A DNA stretch of 64,000 nucleotides from a virus (IMGVR_UViG_3300017613_003292:33021-97020), one strand, 5' to 3'. Counted from the stretch's first letter, positions 30,760 through 40,677 are shown. Made by a program: numbers and translations. Notes: a model not told the origin generated them from the sequence alone.

Positions 30760-31266
30760 TTATATCCTTGTCAATATTCTCTTGCGGCCGACTTTCGCGC
30801 CATACCGTCGAACAATATTCCAGACTGATCTTGGCAGTATACCGGACTGCCATCTCTTATCGATTTTTAACTTTACCGATCCAGCCTGTATTTCAGAGAA
30901 TCCAATCGTTCCCGGATCTTCAGATCGATCAGATGAAACCAAATGCATGGCAAGCTCTGCCGTTGCATCGATTAAAAAAGTTGGAATTTCTTCACTTCCT
31001 ATTGAATATCCATCAGGATCAACCACTCCAGACCTTGGCCAACGGAGTGCCTGGCCTTCTGAATATTTTATGCCATACCATTCCATTTCTTCGTCAAGAA
31101 TTCGAGTCGCCCACATCAATGACATCTCTTTTTGGGTGTCACTGGACAGGCTCGTCCAAGTAGAATTGTGCAGTCGCATTTCATGGTATGTGTCTGAATC
31201 GACAATACTGCAATATGAATTTGCAGTTGATGATGCACTGCCTGTCTCAACCACCATGGTTGCCAT
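30760..31266 (-). CDS. Head-tail connector / adaptor protein (gp6-like)
   Basis: N-terminal NSYCSIVDSDTYHEMRL...KEMSLMWATRILDEE matches the characteristic SY.S.AD.D.Y...AL..AT..ID pattern of gp6-like adaptors. Confidence 0.5.
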   Translation of the reverse strand: MATMVVETGSASSTANSYCSIVDSDTYHEMRLHNSTWTSLSSDTQKEMSLMWATRILDEEMEWYGIKYSEGQALRWPRSGVVDPDGYSIGSEEIPTFLIDATAELAMHLVSSDRSEDPGTIGFSEIQAGSVKLKIDKRWQSGILPRSVWNIVRRYGAKVGRKRILTRI

Positions 31267-31814
31267 TACAGTACCCCCTCAAAGATAATACGCCATTTTT
31301 TGTAATTTCTGATTATGTCTGCAATATAATCAGGATTGATGCCTTTGTAATGCTGCAAGATACCAGCACCCACGAGGAACTTTGCGGTCAGTTCACTACA
31401 GACCACTCGACCAAGGGAAATGTTCCTCGCGAGTGGGGGTATCATGAAAAGGAATAAACGGTAGAATGGATAGACATCTTTATAATGTGGTTCAATATTT
31501 TTTTTGCCTGAAATAAATGTGATTGGCGTCATTCCAGTGTGGCGTCCAATCAATACAGGTTTTCCTTTATATGCTTTAAAAATATCTTGATTTTCGACAC
31601 GCCACAAGGATTCCATTGTCGTGCCCCATTTATTTATAATAACACCTGAGTGACTATATTTTGATTCCGCGTCATCTGCCCATATTTTTTGCACAAAATT
31701 AATTGCACGGCCAAGCCACATAGGGTTGGCCGTGCAAAAAATATCGCCAGGACATACGTTTGGGAGTGTTTTATCTTGTATCATGGCATCCCCATAAGAA
31801 GGACTGGGTCGCAC
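31266..31814 (-). CDS. Permuted papain-fold peptidase (YiiX/Peptidase_C92-like, NlpC/P60 superfamily), putative cell-wall hydrolase
   Basis: PGDIFCT...SKYSHSGVII (Ser/His motif) and a catalytic-Cys context VVCSELTAKF. Confidence 0.5.
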   Translation of the reverse strand: MRPSPSYGDAMIQDKTLPNVCPGDIFCTANPMWLGRAINFVQKIWADDAESKYSHSGVIINKWGTTMESLWRVENQDIFKAYKGKPVLIGRHTGMTPITFISGKKNIEPHYKDVYPFYRLFLFMIPPLARNISLGRVVCSELTAKFLVGAGILQHYKGINPDYIADIIRNYKKWRIIFEGVL

Positions 31815-32176
31815 CTGGTTATTCTTAAATGAATGTGAGGAATCATTCCTTTTCCGTATCGTTTTGAGATATCTTGGGCGATGCCGATTATATCCCCTTT
31901 TTCAATTTGAGACCCCACAATTCCTTTTAATGGTCTGAGATAGAAAAGCACGACAGTGATTCTATCCCCTTCTATTTCAAGACCAGAATAATTTTCATGT
32001 GCGTAAGGCCTTGCCTGTCGCGTGACAAGACCGTCAATTGGTGAAAGTACTTTGTGTCCGGGTTTTACAATGAGATCTATACCATCGTGTTTCCTGTCAT
32101 TGCCTCTTGGGGCATTGAACAGCCCAGACCCTTTTACATCGTTCCTAATTTTTCCGCCTGTCGGATTCAACATCAA
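31781..32176 (-). CDS. Peptidase M23 (LytM-type) peptidoglycan endopeptidase
   Basis: HDGIDL (HxxxD), G.V..GD.IG glycine-rich core, and HIHL (HxH). Confidence 0.7.
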   Translation of the reverse strand: MMLNPTGGKIRNDVKGSGLFNAPRGNDRKHDGIDLIVKPGHKVLSPIDGLVTRQARPYAHENYSGLEIEGDRITVVLFYLRPLKGIVGSQIEKGDIIGIAQDISKRYGKGMIPHIHLRITRCDPVLLMGMP

Positions 32177-32433
32177 GGTGCTCCAAGTTTTGCCTTGAGT
32201 AAGAGAAGCGCAATTGCGATAACGGTTGGAATAGATGCCCCGATAAACCCCCAGATTCCAGCTTTTACCTTTATCTCTATAATGTCATCTCTATTTTCTC
32301 TCTGTCGTTTGTCGAGTTCCTTTATTGCATCGCTGTGTCTTTTTAATTCAAAAACAAGCAGACGCTTGTATTCCATGAACTCTCCGTCCAGAGAGTGCAC
32401 ATCTCGCAAGTCCCTGTCAATCTTCGAAATCAT
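32173..32433 (-). CDS. XhlA-like lysis-associated membrane protein (holin-associated)
   Basis: 86 aa: N-terminal coiled-coil (HSDAIKELDKRQRENRDDIIEIKVK), then AGIWGFIGASIPTVIAIALLLL, a C-terminal TM segment typical of the XhlA family. Confidence 0.5.
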   Translation of the reverse strand: MISKIDRDLRDVHSLDGEFMEYKRLLVFELKRHSDAIKELDKRQRENRDDIIEIKVKAGIWGFIGASIPTVIAIALLLLKAKLGAP

Positions 32434-32854
32434 CGCTCATTTCACCAGGCAAATCGGAAGCGTGGGGCACCGTAATACAGATCATTTTGGTGGTCGCTTC
32501 GTTAGTAAATTTGATGGAATGATAAACGCCTTTCGGGACAGACATTGACTCGCCTGCCGAAATGTGAAAAACTTTGCCGCCCATAGAAACATGCATGCTC
32601 CCTTCATAAACAACACATACCTCATACTGAGCATGCGATCTTGGCGATAGTTCTACACCAGGACTCGCAACAATTTCAACACAGCTGACGTTCTGACGTT
32701 TCACAAGATTCCGCACTACTACTGGATCGCCATGGCGGGTATTGATTTTGATATGCTTGTCGCTGGCATGATAAACAAACTGTTTAAAATCCAGTGAGTC
32801 TGAGACTTCTTGAAGCCTTGCGATGTTTGAATCATCAAATAAATGTTCTAACAT
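32417..32854 (-). CDS. Cupin-domain protein (possibly sugar isomerase/epimerase-like)
   Basis: Cupin motif region GGKVFHISAGESMSVPKGVYHSIKF. The functional guess is contextual only. Confidence 0.5.
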   Translation of the reverse strand: MLEHLFDDSNIARLQEVSDSLDFKQFVYHASDKHIKINTRHGDPVVVRNLVKRQNVSCVEIVASPGVELSPRSHAQYEVCVVYEGSMHVSMGGKVFHISAGESMSVPKGVYHSIKFTNEATTKMICITVPHASDLPGEMSDDFED

Positions 32855-32877
32855 CGTAGGTACCTCCCGCTATGATC

Positions 32878-33144
32878 CTATGCCGGATCAGCCTTTTTGT
32901 CGTCAGCCTTTTTGCCGAATTTCTTGTCTGGCTTGGCAGCTTTAACTGGCTCGACTTTGGTTTCTGTTACTTTAGGGGAAGTTTTGACAGGTTCCGGTTT
33001 GGAAGACTTCTTTTTTTCATCTTCATATATTTCCCATGGCGTATGAAGCTTGATGTCGAAGTCCCGTTCATTTATAATTCGAAAGCTTTCTTTGAATTTT
33101 CCGGATTTAAAATGAACTTTAATTGTAGGTAATGATTCTGGCAT
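32878..33144 (-). CDS. hypothetical Lys/Pro-rich protein (88 aa)
   Basis: Strong SD (GGAGGTG) 8 nt upstream of the ATG. Low-complexity KPEPVKTSPK... C-terminus. Confidence 0.45.
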   Translation of the reverse strand: MPESLPTIKVHFKSGKFKESFRIINERDFDIKLHTPWEIYEDEKKKSSKPEPVKTSPKVTETKVEPVKAAKPDKKFGKKADDKKADPA

Positions 33145-33176
33145 CGTAACACCTCCATTCTATTTTTATCATGAAG

Positions 33177-33200
33177 ATGGTGGAGGCGTTTCCGCCCCCA
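33177..33200 (-). terminator. GC-rich stem-loop immediately 3' of the capsid gene (ggtggaggcg-tttc-cgcccccacc); possible attenuating terminator or RNA-stabilising hairpin
   Basis: 10-bp stem with one mismatch. It has no clean U-tract, so it is weak as an intrinsic terminator. Confidence 0.25.
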
Positions 33201-33222
33201 CCATTTAATTCATGCGTTTAAA

Positions 33223-34413
33223 TTAGACGTCACGCCGTACCACAACCGCAAGGTTGGGATCAAGGCACTTCACGCCGTAGAGAATGTCAAGTGTTACGTT
33301 GACTGTGGCCTTACCATCGTCATACCCGAGACGGGATCTGATGGACAGGCCTGTCCGGGGATCTGTTACGACTGCCATTTTCGCTCCAGCCCCCTCGCCT
33401 ATTTCAGGCAATGGCGCTGTTGCAAATCCGAATGCGTTTTTGTGGAACATTAGGCTCGGATTGTAGGCATCTGCATTGTTGCTTGTCAATGTTTCAATCG
33501 TAACTACAGCACTTGCGCTGTAAGCCTGAGTCAGTTTAGGCCAGATCGGAAGGGTCGCGAATACACCTGCTACAGACGTGGTGTCTGCTGTGACAACATA
33601 TCGCTGAGTACCACCAGCGATAATCAGTGTGTCACCTGCCAGGAGAGTCCTGTTGGTAGCAACCGTGAATGAACATGCGATTGAAGAATCGCCTATGGCT
33701 CCGGCAGTACTTAATGTTCCGGCAGTGTCAGACACAGCAACGGTACCAGCGGTATGCGCAGCATGGGTTTGTTGTACAAAATGTTCCACGCCGAACCGGG
33801 TCCCGAGATGGCCTCTCATTGCCGCTTCTTGTTGAGCCGCTTGTTGGCCAACAATTTGAGCTTGATGGAAAATACCCAGGTTGAGAAATTTTGCCTCAAG
33901 ATAGGAATCGAGGGCAAGGCTGACATCCGATGTCTCCATAATGGCACCGGCATTGTCGCGCAGAATCTTCCTGGCATTGATGATATCCGATGCAGCAGGA
34001 TTCGTACTGGATGCGCAGGCGTAATACCATGGCACATACTTCCGAAGGGCTGTAAGGGACGTCTCAATATCGGACGCCAGAGCATATACGGCTGGCGAAA
34101 TATGTTCAGATATGATCTGTTCTGTGGTGTAAGCCAGTTCCTGATCTGTGAGACCAAAACGGACCTGTTTCCACTGATCGACCGTGATTTGAATGTATTT
34201 TGGGGTGACGTCTTGTGCCGTGGATGTTCCACCTACCGTAGTAGAAAACGTCCCTGGCTGACGGATCTGAATTGTGTCGCCCTTGCGGAAAGATTTCCGC
34301 TCATTATCGTATCCTCTGTGAACACGCTTGGCCATGCCGAGTGCATTCTCCAGAACGATAAGGGCTTCTTGTGCGTAAAAAATTGGTTTATACGCGTCTG
34401 TGTTGTTGGACAT
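33223..34413 (-). CDS. Major capsid protein (HK97-fold type, 396 aa)
   Basis: Gene directly downstream of the scaffold-like gene and diverging from terminase/portal. Size and composition fit. A hairpin follows its stop. No motif-level proof. Confidence 0.55.
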   Translation of the reverse strand: MSNNTDAYKPIFYAQEALIVLENALGMAKRVHRGYDNERKSFRKGDTIQIRQPGTFSTTVGGTSTAQDVTPKYIQITVDQWKQVRFGLTDQELAYTTEQIISEHISPAVYALASDIETSLTALRKYVPWYYACASSTNPAASDIINARKILRDNAGAIMETSDVSLALDSYLEAKFLNLGIFHQAQIVGQQAAQQEAAMRGHLGTRFGVEHFVQQTHAAHTAGTVAVSDTAGTLSTAGAIGDSSIACSFTVATNRTLLAGDTLIIAGGTQRYVVTADTTSVAGVFATLPIWPKLTQAYSASAVVTIETLTSNNADAYNPSLMFHKNAFGFATAPLPEIGEGAGAKMAVVTDPRTGLSIRSRLGYDDGKATVNVTLDILYGVKCLDPNLAVVVRRDV

Positions 34414-34471
34414 AGTGAGTTACCTCCTAAAAAACAGAGAAGATGCCCCACTTTAAGGGCAGTCTTCCTGG

Positions 34472-35395
34472 TTATTGGAACTGCACCTTTGCCCCTGTCT
34501 TCGCTGCCGTTTCTTTAACCCGCCGATAATAATCGGGATCTTTCTGATGTTCTGCTGGGATTTTTATCACACCGTCTGATACGTGTGTGGGATCGAGTCC
34601 CTTGTTGTCGCCCGGGCCGCCGTGTGTACCTCTTATAATAGAATGGCGGTTAGGATGACTTTCCAGAATAAGTCCGATTGCTTCATTAAAGTCGGCGGGT
34701 TCTGCCAGTTTGTTTGGATCTTGAGACGCGATTTTCTCGCCCTTTCTGTCATAGGCAACGAATTTTATATCCTTGCCTTCACCCTCGACCTTAAAATATT
34801 TACCAAAAATGTCTACGGCCATGTCTGGCGGCAGTACAGTTTTCGCAGGTTGTCCATCTGTGGAAACGAACCATGGGCTTGATGCAAAATGGTTTCGTTT
34901 GATCAACTCGGTGATCGTATTCTCATGTTTACCGATGGTTTCATTAGAGGTGTCCAGCTTCATTTGAAATTCTTTGAGGAGTTCCTCCTCTTTTTTCTTG
35001 AAGATATCACCGAGTTGCGTTTTCAGTTTTTCTTCAAGTTCCTGGACTTTTTCAGCGCCGATGAGTTCGGATTCATCGAGTTTTTGGACTGTATCGAGAG
35101 CTTTCCTGGCTTCCTCCGGGTCAAGCCCTTCCCAAGTCTCAAGTTTTTGTTGGAGTGCTTCAGATGCTTCACGGTTGGTTTTGCTTTCTGAATTCAATTC
35201 CTTGATTTTTAACAAACTTTGAGATACGTCGAACGCGATTTCCTTCCCGTCTTCGTATACATAAACCGGTTTGTTGTCAGAAATAACCACATGACCGTCT
35301 TCATCCATCTTCAGCGTCATTGGCTTCAATTCGGGATCTGGCATTTCCATGCCTCCTGTTGCTTGATCTGTTGAAAAAATTGGGTTTCCACCCAA
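34472..35395 (-). CDS. putative capsid scaffolding protein (307 aa)
   Basis: First gene of the minus-strand virion operon. Long charged helical/coiled-coil middle region (KLDESELIGAEKVQELEEKLKTQLGDIFKKKEEELLKEFQMKLD). Confidence 0.4.
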   Translation of the reverse strand: MGGNPIFSTDQATGGMEMPDPELKPMTLKMDEDGHVVISDNKPVYVYEDGKEIAFDVSQSLLKIKELNSESKTNREASEALQQKLETWEGLDPEEARKALDTVQKLDESELIGAEKVQELEEKLKTQLGDIFKKKEEELLKEFQMKLDTSNETIGKHENTITELIKRNHFASSPWFVSTDGQPAKTVLPPDMAVDIFGKYFKVEGEGKDIKFVAYDRKGEKIASQDPNKLAEPADFNEAIGLILESHPNRHSIIRGTHGGPGDNKGLDPTHVSDGVIKIPAEHQKDPDYYRRVKETAAKTGAKVQFQ

Positions 35396-35403
35396 AACTT
35401 CTC

Positions 35404-35432
35404 TTGACTTTCTGTAAAAATCTCATCATATA
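35404..35432 (+). promoter_or_regulatory. Candidate sigma-A-type promoter in the divergent intergenic region (TTGACT-17 nt-CATATAT)
   Basis: ttgactttctgtaaaaatctcatcatatataag lies ~80 nt upstream of the TerS-like gene. Confidence 0.3.
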
Positions 35433-35511
35433 TAAGAATAGTCAATAAAAAAATGCACTTTTGCTTAAAAAAATATAAACCACTTTAAGGAAAGGGACAT
35501 AAGATACTGAT

Positions 35512-36306
35512 ATGATTGAACAAGAAAATAAAGATATAAAACGGTTACTTGTTGATAGTGATGTCCTAAAAAGAAAAAAGGCAATTGGGGACCTTCTTTC
35601 GACCCGTCCGGACATGCATACGGCTATTATTGCCTCAAAATTAAAAACAACTAAGGTTCTTGTCAAATCAGATATTAAAGCGCTTATGGAAGAGGGCCAT
35701 CCTGGAGCCGTACAACGTTATGATAATAATTTCTATCGAGTTCAGAAAAAAAATGAAATCGAAAAAACTTTAAAAGAACATCCTTTTACAGATCAGGTTG
35801 CCCTCGCAAGATACATGGATATGAAATTGTCTGACTTTCGGGCAGAAATCGGTGAAATTAAAAAAGATTCCGATAACGTCGAAAAACAGTCAAAAGAAAT
35901 TGTTGTCCGTCGAAATGCCATAAAAGTTTTTATGCAGGAACATCCAGAGCTATCCCTTGCCGAGGCGGCTGTCGAGTTAGAAATTTCTCTCGATCAGATT
36001 GCCCTTGATCAGGAACATTTTGATGATCCAAGATATACCGATCTGCAACGTAAGGTAAAAATTGAAAGTATGCTGGCATCCATTGCCAAAGATATAAAAG
36101 AATGTCAAAGACAGTTTGAACTTTGCGTTGATGTTGATCCAAGATCCGGCACCAGGTGGAAAGAAGAAGGCCGTAAATATAAGGCTTTATATTCAGACCT
36201 GGCCATGCTGCTTCCAAAACAAGGCATTAATGTTAATCTCAGCATTAACCGGTCACAAAATGAACGCGACGCCATTCGCAAGGCAGCGCAACTGACAAAT
36301 AGTTGA
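35512..36306 (+). CDS. putative terminase small subunit / DNA-binding protein
   Basis: Immediately upstream of and overlapping the TerL start. 264 aa, charged, with a helical N-terminus. Confidence 0.4.
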   Translation: MIEQENKDIKRLLVDSDVLKRKKAIGDLLSTRPDMHTAIIASKLKTTKVLVKSDIKALMEEGHPGAVQRYDNNFYRVQKKNEIEKTLKEHPFTDQVALARYMDMKLSDFRAEIGEIKKDSDNVEKQSKEIVVRRNAIKVFMQEHPELSLAEAAVELEISLDQIALDQEHFDDPRYTDLQRKVKIESMLASIAKDIKECQRQFELCVDVDPRSGTRWKEEGRKYKALYSDLAMLLPKQGINVNLSINRSQNERDAIRKAAQLTNS

Positions 36307-37736
36307 TTATGTTTAAAAAACAAAATAAAGACGATATTTCCAAGACAATTAATGACAGTCTTCTTGCCTACGCCACATATATGTGGCCAAACTATATTTG
36401 TGCAAAACATCATATAAAAATTGCGAGCGCCCTTGAAGATGTTGAATCTGGAAAACTTTCACGCCTTATTATTACAATGCCGCCTCGTGCGGGGAAAACT
36501 ATGTTGGTTTCAGAATTCTTTCCAGCGTGGTATTTGGGACGTAACCCAGCGCATCAAGTCATTGCCGCCACCTACTCACACGATAAGGCTGGGGATACGG
36601 GGCGTAAAATTCGGAACCAGCTTATTGAGCCGGATTTCCAGGCAGTCTTCCCGAAGTGCGTTGTTTCGCCTGACAGTAAAGGCGCGAATAAACTCAGCAC
36701 TAAAAATGGTGGGGTCTGTGTGTCGGTCGGTATTGGTGGTGCTATTACTGGCCGTGGTGCTCATCTTTTTCTTATTGATGATCCGATTAAATCCAGAGAA
36801 GAAGCCGACAGTGAGCGTGTCCGAGAACGACTGATTAATTGGTACAAGGGCGTTGTGTATACCAGGCTTATGGGTAAAAATGCAGTTATAATCATCATGA
36901 CGCGTTGGCACTTTTTTGATCTTGTCGGATATCTTCTGGATAAACAGGAAGAAGATGGCGACAAGATGCGTGAAAAATGGACCGTTCTCAACCTTCCAGC
37001 TGTTGCCAATTCAAAGGAAGATCTATTAGGTCGAAAACCTGGCGAGTCCATCTGGCCGGATTATCCTATATTTGACATAGAGCGGCTCAACGAGACAAAA
37101 CGTATTATCGGTTCCAGAGAATGGAATGCTCAGTTTCAACAGCAACCCTTATCTGAAGAAGGTGGTATGGTCCAGTTGAACTGGTTCAAACGGTATCATC
37201 ATAAACAGAAATTGCATGATGTGAGAAAAATTATCTGCTCTTGGGACACAGCTTACAAGGAAACGCAATTGAATGACCCTTCCTGTGGTACCGTATGGGC
37301 CATGATTGGTAATGATTTTTATCTTATTGATATGATCAATAGACATATGGAGTATCCCAAATTAAAAAAAACGGTTGTAAAGCTTTATGAGAAATACTGT
37401 AATCACACTCGCGCAACTGTCCCCGTCCTGATAGAAGATGCAGCAAGTGGACAAAGCTTGATTCAAGAGCTTAAAGAAGACACGTTAATCCCTGTAATAA
37501 AAATTAGACCTGAATCAAATAAAAAAACCCGCCTGTCTGAAGTTACCGCTTTAATTGAATCCGGACGGGTATACCTTCCGGATGATGCCTGGTGGTTGAC
37601 AGATTATGAGACGCAGATGTGCCGGTTCCCACTTGACCAGCATGATGATATGGTTGATTCAACCTCTCAATTTTTAAGATGGGCAGGCAAACCAAAATTC
37701 AAAAGACGACACGGCAGGCAATTGCTGTGGAAATAA
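36303..37736 (+). CDS. terL: Terminase large subunit
   Basis: P-loop-like segment RLIITMPPRAGKTMLVSEF; C-terminal RNaseH-like nuclease region (WDTAYKETQLNDPSCGTVWAMIGNDFYLIDM ... FPLDQHDDMVDS). Confidence 0.85.
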   Translation: MIMFKKQNKDDISKTINDSLLAYATYMWPNYICAKHHIKIASALEDVESGKLSRLIITMPPRAGKTMLVSEFFPAWYLGRNPAHQVIAATYSHDKAGDTGRKIRNQLIEPDFQAVFPKCVVSPDSKGANKLSTKNGGVCVSVGIGGAITGRGAHLFLIDDPIKSREEADSERVRERLINWYKGVVYTRLMGKNAVIIIMTRWHFFDLVGYLLDKQEEDGDKMREKWTVLNLPAVANSKEDLLGRKPGESIWPDYPIFDIERLNETKRIIGSREWNAQFQQQPLSEEGGMVQLNWFKRYHHKQKLHDVRKIICSWDTAYKETQLNDPSCGTVWAMIGNDFYLIDMINRHMEYPKLKKTVVKLYEKYCNHTRATVPVLIEDAASGQSLIQELKEDTLIPVIKIRPESNKKTRLSEVTALIESGRVYLPDDAWWLTDYETQMCRFPLDQHDDMVDSTSQFLRWAGKPKFKRRHGRQLLWK

Positions 37737-37748
37737 GGAGATATTCCA

Positions 37749-39317
37749 ATGACAACAGATGCCTATTACGATAAATACAATGAAGAAATTGATGAAAAGA
37801 ATAACATTTATAAAAATAATATTGATGACTGGAAACTTTATGGACTGTCCTATAAAGGCGGAGATGAATTTATTGAATATTCTCTGCATAAACATGATCG
37901 TGAATCATATGCAAACCATGTTGAACGACAAAATGAAGGGATTTGTTTTAATTATTCATCGGCTATTATTGACCTGTTTAATTTTTACCTGACGGAGAAA
38001 CCTTCTTCCAGAGAATTTGAAGCCATTACCTTGCGCGGTCGAAAAAATCCAAAACAGGACTCAGATATAAAGAACCGTATAAAACGATCAATTGGTCAGT
38101 TCGATAAAAAGGATACCCAATGGTTAATGTTTTTACAGGATGCGGATCTACACAACAAAAATTTCGACGTATTTTTGAACCATACCCAAAAAATTGCATC
38201 GATTTATGGCAGTGCCGGTATTTTGATTTCGAAACCAAACGTTTCCTACCAGACCCGGGCCGAAGAGATCAAAAATCGTGTGTACCCTTTTGTAACCGTT
38301 TTTAGACTGCCGGATATTTACGACTGGGAGTTTACAAGAAATATCAATAGCGGTCGGTTTGAGCTGTCTTATCTCAAACTTAAGGAGTCTGATACTGAAT
38401 ATTTAATATGGTTTAAAAGCAAATGGGAGCGTTGGCAAAAAATTGAGAATGAAACAAAACTCATAGATTCTGGCGAAAATCCATTGGGTGAAATTCCATT
38501 CGTTTGGGTTCCTAATATCACAAGCCTCGACAGCTGGTATATCGGTGAATCTGACATAAAAGAGATTAGTCGCATTTCAGCATCAATTATTAGAAACATA
38601 TCCTGCGGTGAAGAAATGCTGAAATTTTGTGGATTTCCAATGCTTGTCCTTCCAAAAGAGGCCGAGGGGTATGACACTGACGACGGAGAAGAAGACCAAC
38701 CTTCCGGCCCACGAGCGGTCCTTGAGAAAGATCCGGAATACGGTACAAATGGATCTCCAGAGTGGCTTGAGCCTCAAATTCTCGATGCTACCGAAGCCAA
38801 CCTTGCGTGGACAGACCGTAAGGTTGATGAAATTTATAGAATTGCACATCTTTCTGGTGTGCACGGTCAAAGAAAATCTAATAATGAGGTTGCATCTGGC
38901 CTTGCTTTGAGGTATGAATTCCAACAGTTAAATTCTGTGCTTCTCCAAAAAGCACAAAATCTTTCAGAGGCTGAATTGCAGGTTATTAAATACTGGCTTA
39001 AATGGCAGAACCATGGCGAGATGATCGATAACATTACTGTAACTCGACCAAAATCTTTTTCAGTCGATGAGCTGGCACTTGACATCGATAACCTTTTCTC
39101 TGCAATTTCAGAAATCCCGAGCGAACATTTTAAGAAACTGGCATTAAAACACATTTCTCTTCAAATGCTGCCTGACATGAAAGACGCTGACATCGAAAAG
39201 GTGACAAAAGAAATTGATAAGAATGCAAAGCTTGACAAACCAGAAGCTCAGAGTGCTTCCCAAAAAAATGATCCCAAAAAAAAGGATGATTTAAAAAAAA
39301 TTGACAAGGAAGAATAA
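37749..39317 (+). CDS. Portal protein (522 aa)
   Basis: Gene immediately after TerL; size and acidic composition fit. Confidence 0.6.
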   Translation: MTTDAYYDKYNEEIDEKNNIYKNNIDDWKLYGLSYKGGDEFIEYSLHKHDRESYANHVERQNEGICFNYSSAIIDLFNFYLTEKPSSREFEAITLRGRKNPKQDSDIKNRIKRSIGQFDKKDTQWLMFLQDADLHNKNFDVFLNHTQKIASIYGSAGILISKPNVSYQTRAEEIKNRVYPFVTVFRLPDIYDWEFTRNINSGRFELSYLKLKESDTEYLIWFKSKWERWQKIENETKLIDSGENPLGEIPFVWVPNITSLDSWYIGESDIKEISRISASIIRNISCGEEMLKFCGFPMLVLPKEAEGYDTDDGEEDQPSGPRAVLEKDPEYGTNGSPEWLEPQILDATEANLAWTDRKVDEIYRIAHLSGVHGQRKSNNEVASGLALRYEFQQLNSVLLQKAQNLSEAELQVIKYWLKWQNHGEMIDNITVTRPKSFSVDELALDIDNLFSAISEIPSEHFKKLALKHISLQMLPDMKDADIEKVTKEIDKNAKLDKPEAQSASQKNDPKKKDDLKKIDKEE

Positions 39318-39988
39318 TGCCAGTCTATCGCGAACAAATCAGGCCATTTATAGAATTAACAGAATGTGAAGATTATCTTGAAATTGGATTTGGAGATGGC
39401 ATTCATTTTAAAAGTGTGCCTGTTGAACAGAAAACCATTATTTCGCCCATTTGTCATGCTACTTATCCTCACCGAGCATACCCAATGGAATCTGACTTGG
39501 CATTTGAATTGGAAGAATTCAAAGACGAAGGTCCGTTTGAGGTAGCTTTTATCGATGGTCTTCACAATTATCCCCAAATTGTTAGGGATTTGCATAATGT
39601 CTTGCCTTATATGACAACTGATGGTGTAATTCTTTGTCATGATATTAATCCATTTGTTATGGATAAAAATATTATCGAACTTGCGACGACGTATCCAAGA
39701 CCGCAAGAGGCTATGGGGTGGCTTGGGGATGCATGGAAAATATTATTCCATGTAAAATATACAATGCCACATCTTGACTATGCCGTTATTTCAGATTTTC
39801 CTGGATTTTTAGTTTTGTGGGAAACAGAATCTGAACGCAAAATTGAATATAAAAAATATGGATCTGATGATCCAGATTATCCATATAAGGATAAAACAAT
39901 TGAATTTGGCATAAAACATCAAAATGAATTTTATTTTGGCACGATTGAAGAGGCTGTAAAGCGATACGAACATTTCTTTATAGGATAA
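39317..39988 (+). CDS. Class I SAM-dependent methyltransferase (Methyltransf_24-like)
   Basis: YLEIGFGDG (motif I) and VAFIDGLHNYPQIVRDL...CHD. Its start overlaps the portal stop. Confidence 0.55.
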   Translation: MPVYREQIRPFIELTECEDYLEIGFGDGIHFKSVPVEQKTIISPICHATYPHRAYPMESDLAFELEEFKDEGPFEVAFIDGLHNYPQIVRDLHNVLPYMTTDGVILCHDINPFVMDKNIIELATTYPRPQEAMGWLGDAWKILFHVKYTMPHLDYAVISDFPGFLVLWETESERKIEYKKYGSDDPDYPYKDKTIEFGIKHQNEFYFGTIEEAVKRYEHFFIG

Positions 39989-39990
39989 AT

Positions 39991-40677
39991 ATGAACTTTT
40001 CTATTCTGCTTCCCACCCGTGGTCGTCCAGACCGCGTTGAAACATTTCTTGATTCAATTGAAGACACAGCTGATAACGTCGATAGAATTGAGGTCGTTAT
40101 ACGGATTGACCGTGATGATGATTTGATGATGCGACATAAATTCAAACCACGGTCTCTTGTATTCAGACTCCTTATCGGCCCAAGAGCCAAATGTCTTTCC
40201 GATTGCTGGAATGAATGCTGGCGACATTCAAAGAATGATATTCTCATGCTCGCCGGTGATGACTTAATTTTCAGAACACCTTTGTGGGATAGTGAAATCC
40301 GTCGTGAAATAAAATCCTTCCCTTATAATATCGGATTAGTATACGGTGCGGATAATAACCCGTATCGCAGAAAAAATGCGACCCATCCTTTTGTTCATAG
40401 AACATGGACGGAACTTGTCGGATACTTTACACCACCCAACCTGGACTATGGTAATGATACATGGCTTGAAATGGTTGCAAAAAAGATAAACCGGATTACA
40501 TTCAGGCCAGACATTTTGATTGAACACATGCATTACCGATATAAAAAACGAAATCGTGACCAGACAGATGTTGATCTTAGAAATAGATATAAGTCCTGGG
40601 GTGGTGGAGAAAAATTCTATACCCTTGAGCATTTAATAGATCATGACGCTGAAAAATTGAAAAGGAGTATTTCGTGA
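39991..40677 (+). CDS. Glycosyltransferase (GT-A fold, GT2-like)
   Basis: FSILLPTRGRPDRVETFLDS is the typical GT2 N-terminus; acidic AGDDLIF. Confidence 0.5.
   Translation: MNFSILLPTRGRPDRVETFLDSIEDTADNVDRIEVVIRIDRDDDLMMRHKFKPRSLVFRLLIGPRAKCLSDCWNECWRHSKNDILMLAGDDLIFRTPLWDSEIRREIKSFPYNIGLVYGADNNPYRRKNATHPFVHRTWTELVGYFTPPNLDYGNDTWLEMVAKKINRITFRPDILIEHMHYRYKKRNRDQTDVDLRNRYKSWGGGEKFYTLEHLIDHDAEKLKRSIS

Noticed and set aside
33177-33200. GC hairpin after the capsid gene, considered as a firm intrinsic terminator
   Set aside because: No U-tract follows on the transcribed (minus) strand, and the next gene's SD starts ~15 nt later. Kept only as a low-confidence attenuator or stability element.
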